This document shows, one piece after another, positions 62,614 to 64,000 of a stretch of DNA of 64,000 nucleotides. Origin of the DNA: Acidimicrobiia bacterium (GTDB taxonomy: Bacteria > Actinomycetota > Acidimicrobiia > IMCC26256 > JACDBD01); the NCBI GenBank assembly GCA_051002235.1, contig JBPCMN010000085.1:3787-67786 (forward strand), given 5' to 3'. Position numbers and translations under genes: made by a program. The number at the start of each line of letters is the position of its first letter. Position 1 is the first letter of the stretch. The notes below the pieces were generated by a model. The model searched no databases. It had not been told where the DNA came from and saw nothing but the letters and a program-made list of their open reading frames with translations.

Positions 62614-63938
62614 TCGATGTCCCCGAGACCCGGTACGCCAAGAGCGGCGACGCTCGCATCGGGTACCAGGTCGTGGGCGAGGGTCCTCCGGATCTCGTGT
62701 ACGCCCCGAGCTTCCTGTCGAACATCGACGTCTTCTGGGAGAACCCGGCGGCGGGCCACTTCCTGAGGGGCCTCGCTGCGTTCAGCCGGCTGATCGTGTT
62801 CGACCGGCGGGGGGTCGGTACGTCCGACGCCTGGGACGACACGATCACGGTCGAGCATCGCACCGACGATCTCGCTGCCGTGCTCGACGCCGCCGGGAGC
62901 CAGTCGACCGTGCTGTTCGGATCCTCCGAAGGGGGCTCTACGTGCGCGACGTTCGCCGCGCTGTATCCCGAGCGGGTCTTGGCGCTCGTGATGTTCAGCC
63001 CGTTACTCCCGGTGCTGGAGGAGCAGTTCCCGTGGGCCTGGGCTCCGGAGGTTTTCGACGCCTTCGAGGCCGGCGTCGACGAGGCGTGGGGAACGGGGGC
63101 TGGGTTGGAGCTGATCAATCCCAGCCTCGCCGGCGACGAGCGTATGCGGCGGTGGTACGCGCGCTACTGGCGACTGTGCGCAAGCCCCGACCGGGCCAAG
63201 GCGCTCATGCGGCAGAACCGCCGACTCGACGTGGGGCCGATCCTGTCGACGATCTCCGTCCCCACGCTGGCGATCCATCGCGTCGACGAACTCTGGGTCA
63301 ATGTCGGGTACAGCCGGTACGCGGCCGCCGAGATCCCCGGGGCTCGGCTCGTCGAGCTCCCCGGCGCCGACCACGAGCCGTGGGTCGGGGATGCCGACGT
63401 GGTGCTCACCGAGATCCGCGAGTTCGTGACCGGCAGGCGCGAGCCCTCCGAGCCGGATCGCGTCCTCGCGACGGTCGTGTTCACCGACCTGGTCGGATCG
63501 ACGGCCCTGGCCTCACGGCTCGGCGACCGGCGTTGGCGTGAGTTGCTCGATGAGCACGACCGCGTGGTGGGTCAGGAGGTCGATGAGTTCCGCGGTCGCC
63601 TCGTGAAGTCGACTGGTGACGGGGTCCTGGCGACGTTTGACGGGCCCGCTCGAGCGGTGCGGTGCGCGCGGTCGATTCGCGACGCGCTTCGCGCGCTCGG
63701 GCTCGAATCACGCGCCGGTGTCCACACCGGCGAGGTCGAGTTACGGGGCGACGACGTTGGTGGCATCGCCGTCCACCTCGGCGCACGCGTCGCCGCGCTC
63801 GCCGGCGCTGGCGACGTGCTCGTCTCGCGCACGGTTGTCGACCTCGTCGCCGGGTCCGGACTCGAGTTCGCCGACCGCGGAGCTCACCAGCTCAAGGGCG
63901 TCCCCGGCGAGTGGCAGCTCTACGCGGTGGAGCGCTGA
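62610..63938 (+). CDS. Alpha/beta-hydrolase plus class III adenylate cyclase fusion, paralog 2
   Basis: FDRRGVG, GSSEGG, GADHEPW; TVVFTDLVGST, KSTGDG, GVHTGEVE, DVGGIAVHLGARV, LKGVPG; GTG overlaps the paralog 1 stop. Confidence 0.92.
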   Translation: MIDVPETRYAKSGDARIGYQVVGEGPPDLVYAPSFLSNIDVFWENPAAGHFLRGLAAFSRLIVFDRRGVGTSDAWDDTITVEHRTDDLAAVLDAAGSQSTVLFGSSEGGSTCATFAALYPERVLALVMFSPLLPVLEEQFPWAWAPEVFDAFEAGVDEAWGTGAGLELINPSLAGDERMRRWYARYWRLCASPDRAKALMRQNRRLDVGPILSTISVPTLAIHRVDELWVNVGYSRYAAAEIPGARLVELPGADHEPWVGDADVVLTEIREFVTGRREPSEPDRVLATVVFTDLVGSTALASRLGDRRWRELLDEHDRVVGQEVDEFRGRLVKSTGDGVLATFDGPARAVRCARSIRDALRALGLESRAGVHTGEVELRGDDVGGIAVHLGARVAALAGAGDVLVSRTVVDLVAGSGLEFADRGAHQLKGVPGEWQLYAVER

Positions 63939-63951
63939 GCAGGCGGATTCG

Positions 63952-64000
63952 TCACTCGCTCCAGCGCACGCCGAAGATCCGGACCGGCTCGTCGAAGCCC
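63952..64000 (-). CDS. 3' end of a convergent gene, probably another class III nucleotide cyclase
   Basis: Minus strand reads ...GFDEPVRIFGVRWSE*, resembling the (L)KGF.EPV..F C-terminus of class III cyclases; only 15 residues visible. Confidence 0.45.
   Translation of the reverse strand, partial: GFDEPVRIFGVRWSE

Overview
High-GC actinobacterial chromosome segment, most likely class Acidimicrobiia. This is an inference from ppgK, a PASTA Ser/Thr kinase, the iscS-mnmA-metE-like-ligA gene order, and many TANNNT promoters sitting just before start codons. The first ~36 kb is a dispersed cell-surface glycan locus: wzm/wzt ABC exporter with a C-terminal Wzt domain, several GT2/GT4 enzymes, split rmlBD and rmlAC, a DegT aminotransferase with an ArnC/DPM-like GT2, a GT-C-like membrane protein, a Wzx-like flippase, a WcaJ-like priming transferase, five methyltransferases, and a ubiA-dprE1-dprE2-HAD operon for polyprenyl-phospho-arabinofuranose. 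Housekeeping genes (metH, PduO-type ATR, pepA, moeZ, ppgK) are interleaved. The rest carries a sirtuin, an orphan winged-helix protein, a sensor-less GGDEF-EAL protein, methylmalonyl-CoA mutase with meaB, iscS-mnmA, a MetE-like protein, ligA, hot-dog dehydratases, a PASTA kinase, and an MFS-MFS-hydrolase/cyclase-hydrolase/cyclase module. Features the gene list does not explain: a diverged relic of the metH 5' end (own promoter, 84/95 nt identical) fused in frame to a methyltransferase; three copies of a ~98-bp hairpin-rich intergenic repeat; an aminotransferase with no canonical start codon; a leaderless uORF coupled to wzm; and an 11-bp-phased triple direct repeat. I found no tRNA, rRNA, CRISPR array or transposase. 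Start codons were re-assigned by eye and family calls are motif-based; no database search was run.
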